From: a virus
Taxonomy: Duplodnaviria > Caudoviricetes
Direction: 5' to 3' (one strand)
Virus record (IMG/VR): IMGVR_UViG_3300027858_000006
Span: 1-59,018 of that record
Length of the DNA stretch: 59,018 nt
Position numbers and translations under genes: made by a program. Positions 30,395-40,382 of the stretch are shown in pieces. The notes under the pieces were generated by a model. That model was not told the DNA's origin. It searched no databases and worked only from the letters and a program-made list of their open reading frames with translations. The stretch's first letter is position 1; each line of letters opens with the position of its first letter.

Positions 30395-31131
30395 CTGATA
30401 CAAGAGTATCACCCCAGGAGTTCATAACAGGTCTGCTTAGAGCAAACCTAACTGACTATAACGCAACAGCTAGGGCATCTGCGGGTTTATCTTCTAACTG
30501 GATATACCCAGACAGGCCGCTATTGGCTGCCATGATAGATAATGAAAACAACTTCCCTAGACTGTCAGTAACCCGTATGGATACCTCATCAAAGGGGGAT
30601 ATTGGTATGGGTGGCACTGAAACCGAGGACACCGTGATCCTGCTGGTAAACGCATATACTATCAAGACAAAGCTGTGTACGGTTCGTACTGAAACAAATG
30701 AATCTCATACTTTTGCAAGCGGTACGGATGAGTATACACTGGATGTCACGCCGGCCACCAACATCACTGAAGTAACAGGGACATTATCAAGCAGCGCACA
30801 CACGTTTATACTTGATACGGATTATCAATTGATTGATGCTGATTCAGACGGACGATTTGATTCTATCGACTGGGGGTTAGGTGGTGATGTACCAGATGAT
30901 ACCACCGACTTCTATGTAGATTATGTCAGGAAACTCGAAGGGGATATTTTAGCTGAGTACATCATAGACGATGTAAATATCTATTTACGGGATAACTGGC
31001 GGGATGATACAGTTCCAACGCTGTTTGACTATATCAACGTGCGGAAGTCTGCAATTGCTGATGAAATGAGCGGACGGATCAAGCGATGTGAGTTACAGAT
31101 TAGGTTGGGTGGCGTAAATATCAATGATTAA
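30391..31131 (+). CDS. tail terminator-like protein with inserted beta domain
   Basis: IYPD...FPRLSV motif; position before the tail tube gene. Confidence 0.6.
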   Translation: MTDTRVSPQEFITGLLRANLTDYNATARASAGLSSNWIYPDRPLLAAMIDNENNFPRLSVTRMDTSSKGDIGMGGTETEDTVILLVNAYTIKTKLCTVRTETNESHTFASGTDEYTLDVTPATNITEVTGTLSSSAHTFILDTDYQLIDADSDGRFDSIDWGLGGDVPDDTTDFYVDYVRKLEGDILAEYIIDDVNIYLRDNWRDDTVPTLFDYINVRKSAIADEMSGRIKRCELQIRLGGVNIND

Positions 31132-31174
31132 GCCAAGTGGCTGATAAATAGATTAAACCAAGAGGTACAACAAC

Positions 31175-32173
31175 ATGGCAGGAACAGAATACTTTTTAGG
31201 CAGGCGGTCTGTCTTTAACTATGCGGTTGAAGACGTTTCATATGGCACAAAAAACACAGCCACAACATGGGCATGGCCCGGTTTAGTCCAAAAGTGGACA
31301 CCCGGACCAGATTCACAAACATTAGAACCATTGGATCCAATGGATGGGGTAGATGAACGCACCGTAGGTGAATATTATCCAACAGTCCCAAAGTTTGGAG
31401 GCACCATAGAAATGTTAGTCCAACATATGCGATTCACAATGCTATGTATGGGGATGACTGATACGATCACAGGTGCTGGAGACCCATACACACACACAAT
31501 GTCTCTGGATAATGTGATGCAGTCGATGAGCTTCCAGACAGGACACCTACATACAGGAACCAACTTCGGGAAAGAATATACTGGATTAGTTTGCGGTAAG
31601 GGTGATTTCGCATTCACAAAAGGCGACTGGATGCGATTCAATGCGGACTTTGTGGCACAGAACGCAGTTAAGATCACATCATATAATAGTTATCAGGCGG
31701 CTGCATCTGGACTTAAGAAGTATACATCATCTGATATCAGGCCATACAGGAGCTCTGACCTCACATTAAAAATAAACGATGTGGATATCTGCGCTGATGT
31801 TACCCAGGCACGCTTAGGTTTTGATAATCAACTACAAGTAGATGAAGGTATGTGCCAGGCAGCCGGGGAACTCATTGCAGAACCAGCACCACAAGTTCAG
31901 TTATGGGACGCAGGCATAACAGTAAAAATGCATGAATCCGCATTATGGGATTTGTTTAAAGCCGGCGCAACGGTGAGCAACTGTTCATTTAAAGTGACCA
32001 ACGGCACACACTCGATTACATGGACCTTAAACGGCGTCAAAGTTGAGAAAGCCAGCGAGCCGATAGATATTACTCAAGGGCTTGTTATCCAGGATATAGC
32101 GCTCAAGGTTACAAGCGTGGATATCGTAGAGCTTGCTGAAACGTCAGTGGACTATGACGTGGTGTGTGCATAA
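31175..32173 (+). CDS. major tail tube protein
   Basis: FGGTIE, PYTHT, YTGLV, FDNQL motifs; SD GAGGT; synteny. Confidence 0.8.
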   Translation: MAGTEYFLGRRSVFNYAVEDVSYGTKNTATTWAWPGLVQKWTPGPDSQTLEPLDPMDGVDERTVGEYYPTVPKFGGTIEMLVQHMRFTMLCMGMTDTITGAGDPYTHTMSLDNVMQSMSFQTGHLHTGTNFGKEYTGLVCGKGDFAFTKGDWMRFNADFVAQNAVKITSYNSYQAAASGLKKYTSSDIRPYRSSDLTLKINDVDICADVTQARLGFDNQLQVDEGMCQAAGELIAEPAPQVQLWDAGITVKMHESALWDLFKAGATVSNCSFKVTNGTHSITWTLNGVKVEKASEPIDITQGLVIQDIALKVTSVDIVELAETSVDYDVVCA

Positions 32174-32179
32174 TAAAAT

Positions 32180-32200
32180 TATGGGTGTACCCACACCCAT
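32180..32200. terminator. hairpin between convergent tail-tube and endonuclease genes
   Basis: ATGGGTGT-ACCC-ACACCCAT 8-bp stem flanked by A/T runs. Confidence 0.5.
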
Positions 32201-32638
32201 TTATTTTATATTAATATAATACAGTTTATGATTATTGTCTGCATAAAAACGAGAACATACGTTAACAAGCCGTCCTTGATCATATATTATAATATCCTCT
32301 GTTAACCTAACATTTGGTGACATGGTTTCTGTGAAATTAAAAAATTGCCTATTATGAACTTTGTGATATTTTCGTGTGGCTTTGTTATGCGATTTTTTAC
32401 CAATGTCGGTTTTCTGATATTCTAATATCAAATTTAATCTGTTTTTTGATGCATTTGATTTATCCCTTAACTTTTGAGGGGACGTGGTACACACACCAGA
32501 TTTACGCAGGATTTTATGTAATTTTTGATGGCATGACCAGCACACCATCACAATTTCTTCGGGTTCATAACTTTTATGATGGTGAATTAACTTTTTATCA
32601 GTACATCCACACTTATAGCATTTGGTAATTTCGTTCAT
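32201..32638 (-). CDS. HNH-like endonuclease inserted antisense in tail operon
   Basis: CYKCG...LIHHHKSY...VCWSCHQKLH. Confidence 0.7.
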   Translation of the reverse strand: MNEITKCYKCGCTDKKLIHHHKSYEPEEIVMVCWSCHQKLHKILRKSGVCTTSPQKLRDKSNASKNRLNLILEYQKTDIGKKSHNKATRKYHKVHNRQFFNFTETMSPNVRLTEDIIIYDQGRLVNVCSRFYADNNHKLYYINIK

Positions 32639-32817
32639 GAGATATCAACAAATATTAATATGATGCGTTTGTATAAATATATATGCCCGTCCATAAATTG
32701 AGATATCAACAATCTGTTTTTTTTTGGATGGGCACAATATTTGCGCTTAAGCGGTGTATGGGTTGGTATTCTTTCCTTCCCTATACACTTTCCAATTAAT
32801 ACCAAGAGGTAAATAAA

Positions 32818-33216
32818 ATGCCAAGAGATAAAATAAACACAGTACCAGAGAACCTGCTTTTCGTGCCAAGAGGCGAAGTCGAAAAGGTTATAATGTTCCA
32901 AGGTGCAGAACTAAATCTAATACTCAAAATAATGACTAACAAGGAAGCCGATAAACTCAAAGAAGGGTTTATATCCATGGTTGGCCAGGATGTTGAAGTT
33001 GATACACCCGGACTTGCTGAAGAGATACTCAAAGTAGGTTTATTAGACATCAACACAACATTTAACGGTAAAACATGGCCGATCTTATCAGATCAAGAAA
33101 AACTTGATGCCATATCTTCAATGCATCCAGACCTCAGAGATAAAATATCCCAAGAAGTTATGGCAAAATCCTATATTTCCAGAGATGAAAAGGGTTTTTT
33201 ATCGAAGCGGTCTTAA
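32818..33216 (+). CDS. tail assembly chaperone (gpG-like)
   Basis: Between tail tube and tape measure genes; ends at slippery G GGT TTT. Confidence 0.75.
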   Translation: MPRDKINTVPENLLFVPRGEVEKVIMFQGAELNLILKIMTNKEADKLKEGFISMVGQDVEVDTPGLAEEILKVGLLDINTTFNGKTWPILSDQEKLDAISSMHPDLRDKISQEVMAKSYISRDEKGFLSKRS

Positions 33217-33389
33217 CCGATTTCGTACACCCGAGTATATTTCATTTGGTCAGGGTTGCCATGCTGGCATACCAACAAAAGAAATTACCATCTGAGATTG
33301 AGCAAGAACCTAACAGGAACATAGAAGCGTTAGAAGTTGTAATCAACGCTATAAAAGCAGAGGAACGGAGGCAATCAAAACATGGTTGA
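33192..33389 (+). CDS. -1 frameshift extension of tail chaperone (gpGT-like)
   Basis: GGGTTTT at 33192-33198; -1 frame open for ~63 codons (FIEAVL...KLPSEIEQ...RQSKHG*), ending over the TMP start. Confidence 0.8.
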   Translation, partial: GFFIEAVLTDFVHPSIFHLVRVAMLAYQQKKLPSEIEQEPNRNIEALEVVINAIKAEERRQSKHG

Positions 33390-34389
33390 AGTAGGAAGTA
33401 TGGAAATTGTGGGGTTGTTCAAAGACATGAATTTGTTTTCAAGCCTGACAAAACTTAAGACTGAATTAAATACCGTATCATCACATGTGAAGAGCACCAC
33501 CACTGAAATGTTAAGGATGTCTAAACAAACTCAAATTTTATCTGGTATTCTCGGGGCCATTGGGGTGGGTGGTTTTGCTGCTTTGCTTATGTCCATGCCA
33601 CGGGTTAGCACACAACTTGAGATTATAAGAATGTATCTTGAATTGATCGCTATGATTATGGATGAAACATTGGGGCCTGCTGTTGCGTGGGTGGCTGAAC
33701 AGTTTGGTAAATTATATAATTGGTTCAAAGCGCTTAGTCCAGAAGCACAAGGACTTATAACATGGCTTACGGTTATCGGCGGTGCGTTAATTAGCGGGTT
33801 GGGTATATCTGCGTTGTTAGGTAAACTTGGGTTATTAAAAGATGGATTTGTTTGGTTGCTGGGGGTACTGAAGCCGGTGGTCTTATGGGCTGGTAGGTTA
33901 TTGTCTGGTTTTGTTTCGTCTGCTGCCGGACCAATTATACTCACTGCCGCAATTGGTTTATTGATTAGTAAATTAACTATACTTTTATTAAAAAAAACAG
34001 GGCTGCTCGACTGGGCAACTGATATAGGAACCAAATTTGGGGGTATGATCAAAAATATAAAAGGAGCTGAAACAGCATTAAGGGGGTTGTTATCTGCTTT
34101 GGAAATGTTCCCAACTGGTAAGATATCTTCCATTTTACTTAAACAAGAATTCGCTCAACATGCAACAGGTGGTATTGCATCATATACAGGATTGCATCAC
34201 CTTGAAGCAGGCGAAACGGTTAGTATGAAAGGCACAGAATCATCCATATCTGCCAGCGGCGGAGACACAACAATCAATAATAATTACGATGGCGCCACGT
34301 TTGTACTTACCAATGGCCTGGATATTGACGACTTTATAGAACTTACCAGTCGCAAACAGTCACAAAAGGCCGCATGGAGTGGGTTTTAG
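33382..34389 (+). CDS. tape measure protein (short, 335 aa)
   Basis: Amphipathic/hydrophobic helices, C-terminal HATGGI...GETV...TTINNN; follows the chaperone. Confidence 0.8.
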   Translation: MVEVGSMEIVGLFKDMNLFSSLTKLKTELNTVSSHVKSTTTEMLRMSKQTQILSGILGAIGVGGFAALLMSMPRVSTQLEIIRMYLELIAMIMDETLGPAVAWVAEQFGKLYNWFKALSPEAQGLITWLTVIGGALISGLGISALLGKLGLLKDGFVWLLGVLKPVVLWAGRLLSGFVSSAAGPIILTAAIGLLISKLTILLLKKTGLLDWATDIGTKFGGMIKNIKGAETALRGLLSALEMFPTGKISSILLKQEFAQHATGGIASYTGLHHLEAGETVSMKGTESSISASGGDTTINNNYDGATFVLTNGLDIDDFIELTSRKQSQKAAWSGF

Positions 34390-35226
34390 ATGTTGCACAA
34401 AGAAGCCACAATAAAATATAAGGGATACGATCCTACTTTATTAAAACCAAAATCACAAAAACGGGTGTGTCGTGTGTGTGATATATGTGGCAACATAAGT
34501 TATGTTGTAATGGCATATTATAGCGATATATGTGTGTCGTGTGCGAGGAAGATATCTAAAAACATCGATGAATCAAACGGAATGTATGGAACAACGGGCG
34601 AAAAAAGCACGATGTGGGGTAAAACACACACACCAGAAACAAAACTGAAAATTAGTATTGCAAACAAAGGCAAACTAACTGGTGATAAAAACCCAGCAAA
34701 ACGTGTAGAAGTAAGACAAAAAATATCAGAGACAAAAAAAGGAGTGCCAAGACCCAACATGACTGGAGCAAACAGCCCGTGTTTCATCGCTGAACGACAC
34801 ACATTTTTAGATGAAAACCAAGGTAAATATTTTTGTAAATATTGTGGGGGCCAAATTGATATAAAGATTTGGCATTATACTTATGGGATTCCAAACTATT
34901 GTTCAAAAGAATGTCGTGGTAAAGATGGTGTTGGCGATAAAAACCCAAACTGGAAGGGGGGAATATCATCAGAACCATACTGTTTTAAATTTAATTATAA
35001 AGTAAAAGAAGAAGTAAGGGATCGACATAATCGGATGTGTTGTATTTGTGGTAAAAGTGAAAAAGAGAGTGGTGAAAAACTATGTGTTCACCACATAGAT
35101 TATAATAAAAACCAAGGATGTGATGATCATAAATGGATGCTTATTCCATTGTGTAGAATTTGCCATTCAAAAACAAATAGTAATAGAGACTATTGGGAGA
35201 AACATTTAATGGGGGTGTTGTCTTGA
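34390..35226 (+). CDS. NUMOD3 + HNH homing endonuclease
   Basis: HTPETKLKIS, NPNWKGG, CCICG...LCVHHIDYNK...LCRICHSKTN. Confidence 0.85.
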   Translation: MLHKEATIKYKGYDPTLLKPKSQKRVCRVCDICGNISYVVMAYYSDICVSCARKISKNIDESNGMYGTTGEKSTMWGKTHTPETKLKISIANKGKLTGDKNPAKRVEVRQKISETKKGVPRPNMTGANSPCFIAERHTFLDENQGKYFCKYCGGQIDIKIWHYTYGIPNYCSKECRGKDGVGDKNPNWKGGISSEPYCFKFNYKVKEEVRDRHNRMCCICGKSEKESGEKLCVHHIDYNKNQGCDDHKWMLIPLCRICHSKTNSNRDYWEKHLMGVLS

Positions 35227-35996
35227 GTAGTTGGAAGTTGGGCTATCCAAATGGGCTTGACACTGTCGCAAATGAAGCCGCTGGAACAGCCCTTTACGCG
35301 CCTTGGTCTGTAGAAGCACTGACATTATCCACTAAAACCACTACAGAGCGGTTTGGTGGTAAAATCACAGGTATAGCAGAAACCATTTTAACCGACACGG
35401 GCTCATTCTCAGCAAACCAGTTTGATGGCGGGTTTGTCAAAATACTATCTGGATCGGCAAAGGGCAACGCATATAAAGTCACAGCAACATCCACAGACAC
35501 CCTTACTGTAAAAGATATGGACGGGACCGCAGCAACCATGGTAACTGATGGCATGGCTGTAGACGATTATTATGAAGTAGTCACGGGTAGTACGTTATTT
35601 ACATTCCCAGCACAGCGTAACCCAGTGCGCAAAGATATTAAGATTGTTCCGCGTGGGAAATATAAACGGTTTCCTAGATATCAAGGTGGAGTTAATGTAT
35701 CGACTGGTAAGAATCCTGATGATATGGTTATTCTTGGGTATCTCACATCTAAGGCGGACCTATCAGAACTAATGATCATATGTAATCTTAAAATGGATTA
35801 TGCTGGATATGATGGTTCATACACTCAAGATGATTTAGCACCACTTGTCTTGGAAATGGGTGTAAACGACGCAGACCACCAGTATCTTGTTCATCTTATT
35901 GATATCAAAAAGATTGGCGCAGGAAAAAAAGCATCTATCATTGAAGTTATGATGCATTTCCAGCAGACTGCCATTATCTCATACAGAGGCGATTGA
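35223..35996 (+). CDS. distal tail (Dit-like) protein
   Basis: Position after TMP; likely TTG start overlapping the HNH stop. Confidence 0.55.
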   Translation: MSSWKLGYPNGLDTVANEAAGTALYAPWSVEALTLSTKTTTERFGGKITGIAETILTDTGSFSANQFDGGFVKILSGSAKGNAYKVTATSTDTLTVKDMDGTAATMVTDGMAVDDYYEVVTGSTLFTFPAQRNPVRKDIKIVPRGKYKRFPRYQGGVNVSTGKNPDDMVILGYLTSKADLSELMIICNLKMDYAGYDGSYTQDDLAPLVLEMGVNDADHQYLVHLIDIKKIGAGKKASIIEVMMHFQQTAIISYRGD

Positions 35997-37727
35997 ATGC
36001 CTGAATCATTCTCATATAACGGCACCACATATACAGTTACAGATATGAAAGTTGAAAGTGAAAACAACATGTTTGATATGTTCACATGCCGATTAAACGC
36101 ACCAAATGATACTGTACGGACTGCAATAGGACATGGCGGACACTTGATTGGATCACATGAAGTACTAATTAACGACAAAGACAATACCGAGATATTCGGC
36201 GGGTTCCTTGAGTGGGTAGAACAAGATGAAACCGACCTGACACTAAAAGGAAGAGATTATAAAGTATTATTATTAGATGAACGCACACCAAGAAACACTG
36301 AATGGATTAACCAGACTGGGTCCACCATCATCAATGCACTTTTGGGATACAGTACAAAAGTATCCGCTGGTACAATCACGTATACTGAGACAATTTCTGG
36401 CACTGCCAGATTCTCACATGAAAACCTGTTGCGTGCTGTTGCTACCATTTGCGAGCAGAACGATAAAGATTTTTGGGTGTGGAATGATTCTGGCACTCTT
36501 AAACTAAACGTTGGTGAAAGAGGCGCCGGGACGGTGGGATCACCAAACGCAACATACACCGCAGGTAAACAGATCGAGGTGGCGGCCGAAACAAAAACCA
36601 CAAACAAGGTTGTCAATCGCCAGCGGGTGTTCGGCGCAGGTGACGGGATCAACCAGATACAGGTTTGTGTACCTTGGATTGATATTAATGAGGTAGATAG
36701 TGACCGAAGTCAGGGGTTTGACGGGTCAAATGTTGATTGTGTACATGCCGCTGCAACTACAAGCCAGGGTGATGTTGGTATCATGGAAGGTAAGCCATAT
36801 ATTGATACTGGGATTGTCTCTACCGATATAGCAATTGCTACAGCGAAGGCAATATTGGATATTGCCGCACCCGTGGCAGATGTAAAAACATTAGATGTAG
36901 TATTCCTAAAATATGTTACTGGGGACAGTCTCGGCGACTGGATCAACATTATAGACCGGAAACAGGGCATTAATTCAACACTAAGAGTTAAAAAAATTAT
37001 CCGAAGTTACGAACAGTCTAACATCAGGATGGAATTTTACACCCCAGAAGAGGATATGTCACAGGCACTTGCACGCATCGAGAGAGATTCTGACCTGTCC
37101 AACCTCAACGGCATAGGCGCAACCAACCTCATCGAAATCAACTTCCCTGATATCTGTGACAACACACACCCATATGAGATGTGGTTTGAACTTCCTACTG
37201 AAGTTGAATTTATCAATAGAATTAAATTAACGTATATCGTGGATGACTACAGGGCATTCAGTGGGACTACAAGCGCAGGAACATCACACTCTCATACAAT
37301 CCCAATCTCTGTTGCCAAGACAGCAGCAGAGGGGGGTTCTGCTATAGGTAATTTAGGGGTGCAAACATGGAGCGGCACATCAAATAACATTGTATGCAAC
37401 ACTAACGTATCCAATCCTCCTACTGGTGCCGCTGAGGCAGCCCATACACACGATGTAGACTTTTCTATAACCACTCAGGCAGATTCGCTTACAGATGTGG
37501 CAATTTGGATAGATGATGGGTCTGGATATGTTGACCAAACTGTAGCCATTGAAACTGCTATTGGGCACGCATTAGGGACCACAGGTGAAACGGATATTCC
37601 TGTACAGGATTATATCAGCGCCACTGCTGGAATAAAGAAAATAAAGATTGTACCAACTGGCAGCAATAATGGGGAATGTAGGATCACAGGACTGGCAATG
37701 GTTATGTTCTATTTACAAAGCATTTAA
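35997..37727 (+). CDS. tail tip/baseplate hub protein
   Basis: FGGFLE...LKGRDY, VVNRQRVFGAGDG, SLGDWINI hub-like motifs; SHSHTI/AHTHDV fibre-like motifs. Confidence 0.75.
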   Translation: MPESFSYNGTTYTVTDMKVESENNMFDMFTCRLNAPNDTVRTAIGHGGHLIGSHEVLINDKDNTEIFGGFLEWVEQDETDLTLKGRDYKVLLLDERTPRNTEWINQTGSTIINALLGYSTKVSAGTITYTETISGTARFSHENLLRAVATICEQNDKDFWVWNDSGTLKLNVGERGAGTVGSPNATYTAGKQIEVAAETKTTNKVVNRQRVFGAGDGINQIQVCVPWIDINEVDSDRSQGFDGSNVDCVHAAATTSQGDVGIMEGKPYIDTGIVSTDIAIATAKAILDIAAPVADVKTLDVVFLKYVTGDSLGDWINIIDRKQGINSTLRVKKIIRSYEQSNIRMEFYTPEEDMSQALARIERDSDLSNLNGIGATNLIEINFPDICDNTHPYEMWFELPTEVEFINRIKLTYIVDDYRAFSGTTSAGTSHSHTIPISVAKTAAEGGSAIGNLGVQTWSGTSNNIVCNTNVSNPPTGAAEAAHTHDVDFSITTQADSLTDVAIWIDDGSGYVDQTVAIETAIGHALGTTGETDIPVQDYISATAGIKKIKIVPTGSNNGECRITGLAMVMFYLQSI

Positions 37728-37777
37728 ATAGTATAATAGTAATGTTTTATATACATATAAATAAAGGACTGATATAT

Positions 37778-38554
37778 ATGGTATTTGAAACACGGTTTAC
37801 AAACGATTTATTAATTTCAGAACTTCGCCGTTTCGTGAAAGAACATGGCCATACACCACGATATATTGACGTTGGTCGAAAGCACGGGTACCCATCAAAT
37901 GGCACATATGTGAAACGCTTTGGGTCATGGAATAATGCACTTGTTGCAGCAGACATAACCATTAATAACCTTCATAAAAGTAGTTTAGATGGTGAAGAGG
38001 TGTGTTTTGTTTGCGGCGGCCCAAAAAAACACCAGTGGTGTTATAATGTTGATGGTAACAGACTTTGTTCGAAGTGTTATAACACATCCAAAACAAAACA
38101 CAAAAATGGCAATTTAGATAGTATGTCTGGGGTCGGAAAAGGATTCATAAGTCAAAGAATTGTTGCAAAAACACTAAACATCCCATTAATAAACGATTGC
38201 AACTGTTCTATAGATTTCAAAGCACCATATGATTTATTCCATGATAAATATGGCAAAATCGACGTGAAAGCATCTGGTTTACGTACCAAATATAACAACT
38301 GGCAGTTTTATTTTAAAGCAAAAACAGACGCAGACATATATTTTTGTTTGGCATTCGACGAAGAATGGAAAAAAATAATGCGTGTGTGGGCCATCCCAAA
38401 CACTGGTAGATATCAAAGCTTAACTGGAATAACAATTACAAATAATATATCACCAATTTTAAAATATTCAAAATATGAAGCCAGTGCAGACAAATATGAT
38501 AAAGTGTTTCATTCTATGAGTATTGAACGGTGCACAGTTTTAAAAAACAGGTGA
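37778..38554 (+). CDS. homing-endonuclease-associated repeat + PD-(D/E)xK nuclease
   Basis: LISELRRF...YPS..TYVKRFGSWNNAL repeat, CxxC...CxxC, PYDL...KIDVKAS catalytic motif. Confidence 0.75.
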   Translation: MVFETRFTNDLLISELRRFVKEHGHTPRYIDVGRKHGYPSNGTYVKRFGSWNNALVAADITINNLHKSSLDGEEVCFVCGGPKKHQWCYNVDGNRLCSKCYNTSKTKHKNGNLDSMSGVGKGFISQRIVAKTLNIPLINDCNCSIDFKAPYDLFHDKYGKIDVKASGLRTKYNNWQFYFKAKTDADIYFCLAFDEEWKKIMRVWAIPNTGRYQSLTGITITNNISPILKYSKYEASADKYDKVFHSMSIERCTVLKNR

Positions 38555-38561
38555 TTATTCA

Positions 38562-39020
38562 ATGGTTACCACAGATACCAATTGGTTAGATTATGATAAT
38601 GCTCTAAATTTCGGGATTACTGTTTGTACATCAGGTACCAGACCTACTGCTGTAGATGGGCGGGCAATATATGAGACTGATACTGATAAGTTTTTGATAT
38701 ATGATGGTGCAGCCTGGGAAGAGATTGGTGGTTCCGGTAGTGGTGATTTTTATGCTGATGGATCTGTGCCCATGACTGGAAACCTACAGATGGGAACAAA
38801 CAAGATTACCGGGTTAGCAGCAGCGACAGCTAATGGGGATGCTCTTAAATATGAGCAATTGATAGGTGCTTATTTACCACTTGCTGGTGGAACTATGTCT
38901 GGAAATATTGTGATGGGTGATAATGACATCACCGGAGCAAACGACATTCAAGCTACGGCAAGCCAAGATTTAACATTAAAAGTATCAAGTGGTCGAAGTA
39001 TTGTTTTTGAGGCGGTATAA
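38562..39020 (+). CDS. short tail fibre/adaptor protein
   Basis: YETDTDKFLIYDGAAW, DGSVPMTGNL, YLPLAGGTMSGNI fibre motifs. Confidence 0.7.
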   Translation: MVTTDTNWLDYDNALNFGITVCTSGTRPTAVDGRAIYETDTDKFLIYDGAAWEEIGGSGSGDFYADGSVPMTGNLQMGTNKITGLAAATANGDALKYEQLIGAYLPLAGGTMSGNIVMGDNDITGANDIQATASQDLTLKVSSGRSIVFEAV

Positions 39021-40094
39021 ATGGTATCATTGAAATTCCTTCCTACAAAAGATGTATACATCAAAGAAGACACACCAGACACAAATATGAATAGTGTAGC
39101 TGGGCTTTATGTACAGGTTGGTGTATCATCTGGTGGAATCAGGCGGTCATTACTTGAGTTCAGTTTATCTTCTTTGATCGATGTACCAATTGAAAATATT
39201 AATACTGCAAAATTAACTATGTTTGTTAGTGGAAGCACACATCGTATTGTAGATATACAGCGCATTGACAATGACACTTGGACCGAAACTGGTGTAACTT
39301 GGAATAATCAACCAACAAGTTCAGATTATAATATTGAAAAAACATTTACAGACGGCTTTGATGAGAAATCAATAATGTCAATCATACAAAGTGCACTTAA
39401 AGACGGACATAATTATGTGGGCATTTTGATGAGATATATAAATGAAACTGCAAATGGAACACAATCACATACTCACTTTTATACAAAAGAATGGGAGTAT
39501 GCACCAAACAGAACATATTTAGAAGTTGAATATGACACATATTCACAGTCATTGACTTTCTATGGGTGCTGTCAAAATATTCTGAGAAAGGATGGCTGGG
39601 GTGAAATCACAATGACCGATCACAACTGCGCAGGCGGTGGATCGTGTGATGCTTGTACGTTCACATTTAAAACTAAATGGGGTTCGACTTATACAACAGT
39701 CTTGTTAAGTGAAGGTGATACACAACAATATGATAGTGGGGTAATGCACCACAGCTTCAAATTAGTGTCTGTTGTGGCAAGTTCGGCGTTTTGTGATTCG
39801 TTGGCATCTGCTACAGTGGAAGAAAGCTACTGGGAAGATGATTGTTATGTTAAAACATCAGGAGACAACGACCGTAACGGCAGAAGCTGGGCAGAAGCAT
39901 GGTCAACAGTAAATCAAGCAGCCAATGAAGCATTTGATGGTCAAGAGGCACATATCGGCTTCGGAACTTACAACTCAGAACCTGCCAATAATGAGATTGC
40001 GCCTGTGAATTTTGGAACAACAGGAATTAAATATACTCCTGAAACAGAAACCACAGGCGGAGGAACAGGATCAGCAACAGTGGAGAAAAATTAA
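39021..40094 (+). CDS. DNRLRE/CBM96-like domain tail protein (putative receptor-binding)
   Basis: DVYIKE..PDTN...RSLLEFSLS...AKLTMF...WTETGVTWNNQP. Confidence 0.7.
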   Translation: MVSLKFLPTKDVYIKEDTPDTNMNSVAGLYVQVGVSSGGIRRSLLEFSLSSLIDVPIENINTAKLTMFVSGSTHRIVDIQRIDNDTWTETGVTWNNQPTSSDYNIEKTFTDGFDEKSIMSIIQSALKDGHNYVGILMRYINETANGTQSHTHFYTKEWEYAPNRTYLEVEYDTYSQSLTFYGCCQNILRKDGWGEITMTDHNCAGGGSCDACTFTFKTKWGSTYTTVLLSEGDTQQYDSGVMHHSFKLVSVVASSAFCDSLASATVEESYWEDDCYVKTSGDNDRNGRSWAEAWSTVNQAANEAFDGQEAHIGFGTYNSEPANNEIAPVNFGTTGIKYTPETETTGGGTGSATVEKN

Positions 40095-40095
40095 A

Positions 40096-40263
40096 ATGAC
40101 ACAAATCAACCTATACGAACAACTAGGAAGCATCCAATTTCAGATAGATAAACTCCAGGAACAGAAAACACATATCATCAGGCAGATAGAAATACAAATG
40201 ACCATCAACTCAACTAAAGCGGAGTTATCAAAAGATACCGACACGCTCAATGCACAATTATGA
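40096..40263 (+). CDS. small coiled-coil protein
   Basis: MTQINLYEQLGSIQFQIDKLQEQK; end of tail operon. Confidence 0.5.
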   Translation: MTQINLYEQLGSIQFQIDKLQEQKTHIIRQIEIQMTINSTKAELSKDTDTLNAQL

Positions 40264-40382
40264 GATTTGCTTTAGTGTACCTGTGCACGGTTCTCTGTGT
40301 GTTTGCTTTCCGTCGTTTTCAAAAGTTCCATGCGCCGGGACTTTATATTTAAATTCCCGACCACATTTGGTACATTTCCACA

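Noticed and set aside
34380-34395. Pyrrolysine (TAG) read-through fusing TMP to the HNH gene
   Set aside because: TMP has a normal C-terminus, the HNH has its own ATG matching its paralog's N-terminus, and no pyl genes are present
37690-37780. Third copy of the UTR-in-hairpin layout upstream of the PD-(D/E)xK nuclease
   Set aside because: Only a 7-bp match (AGGACTG) inside coding sequence and no enclosing stem
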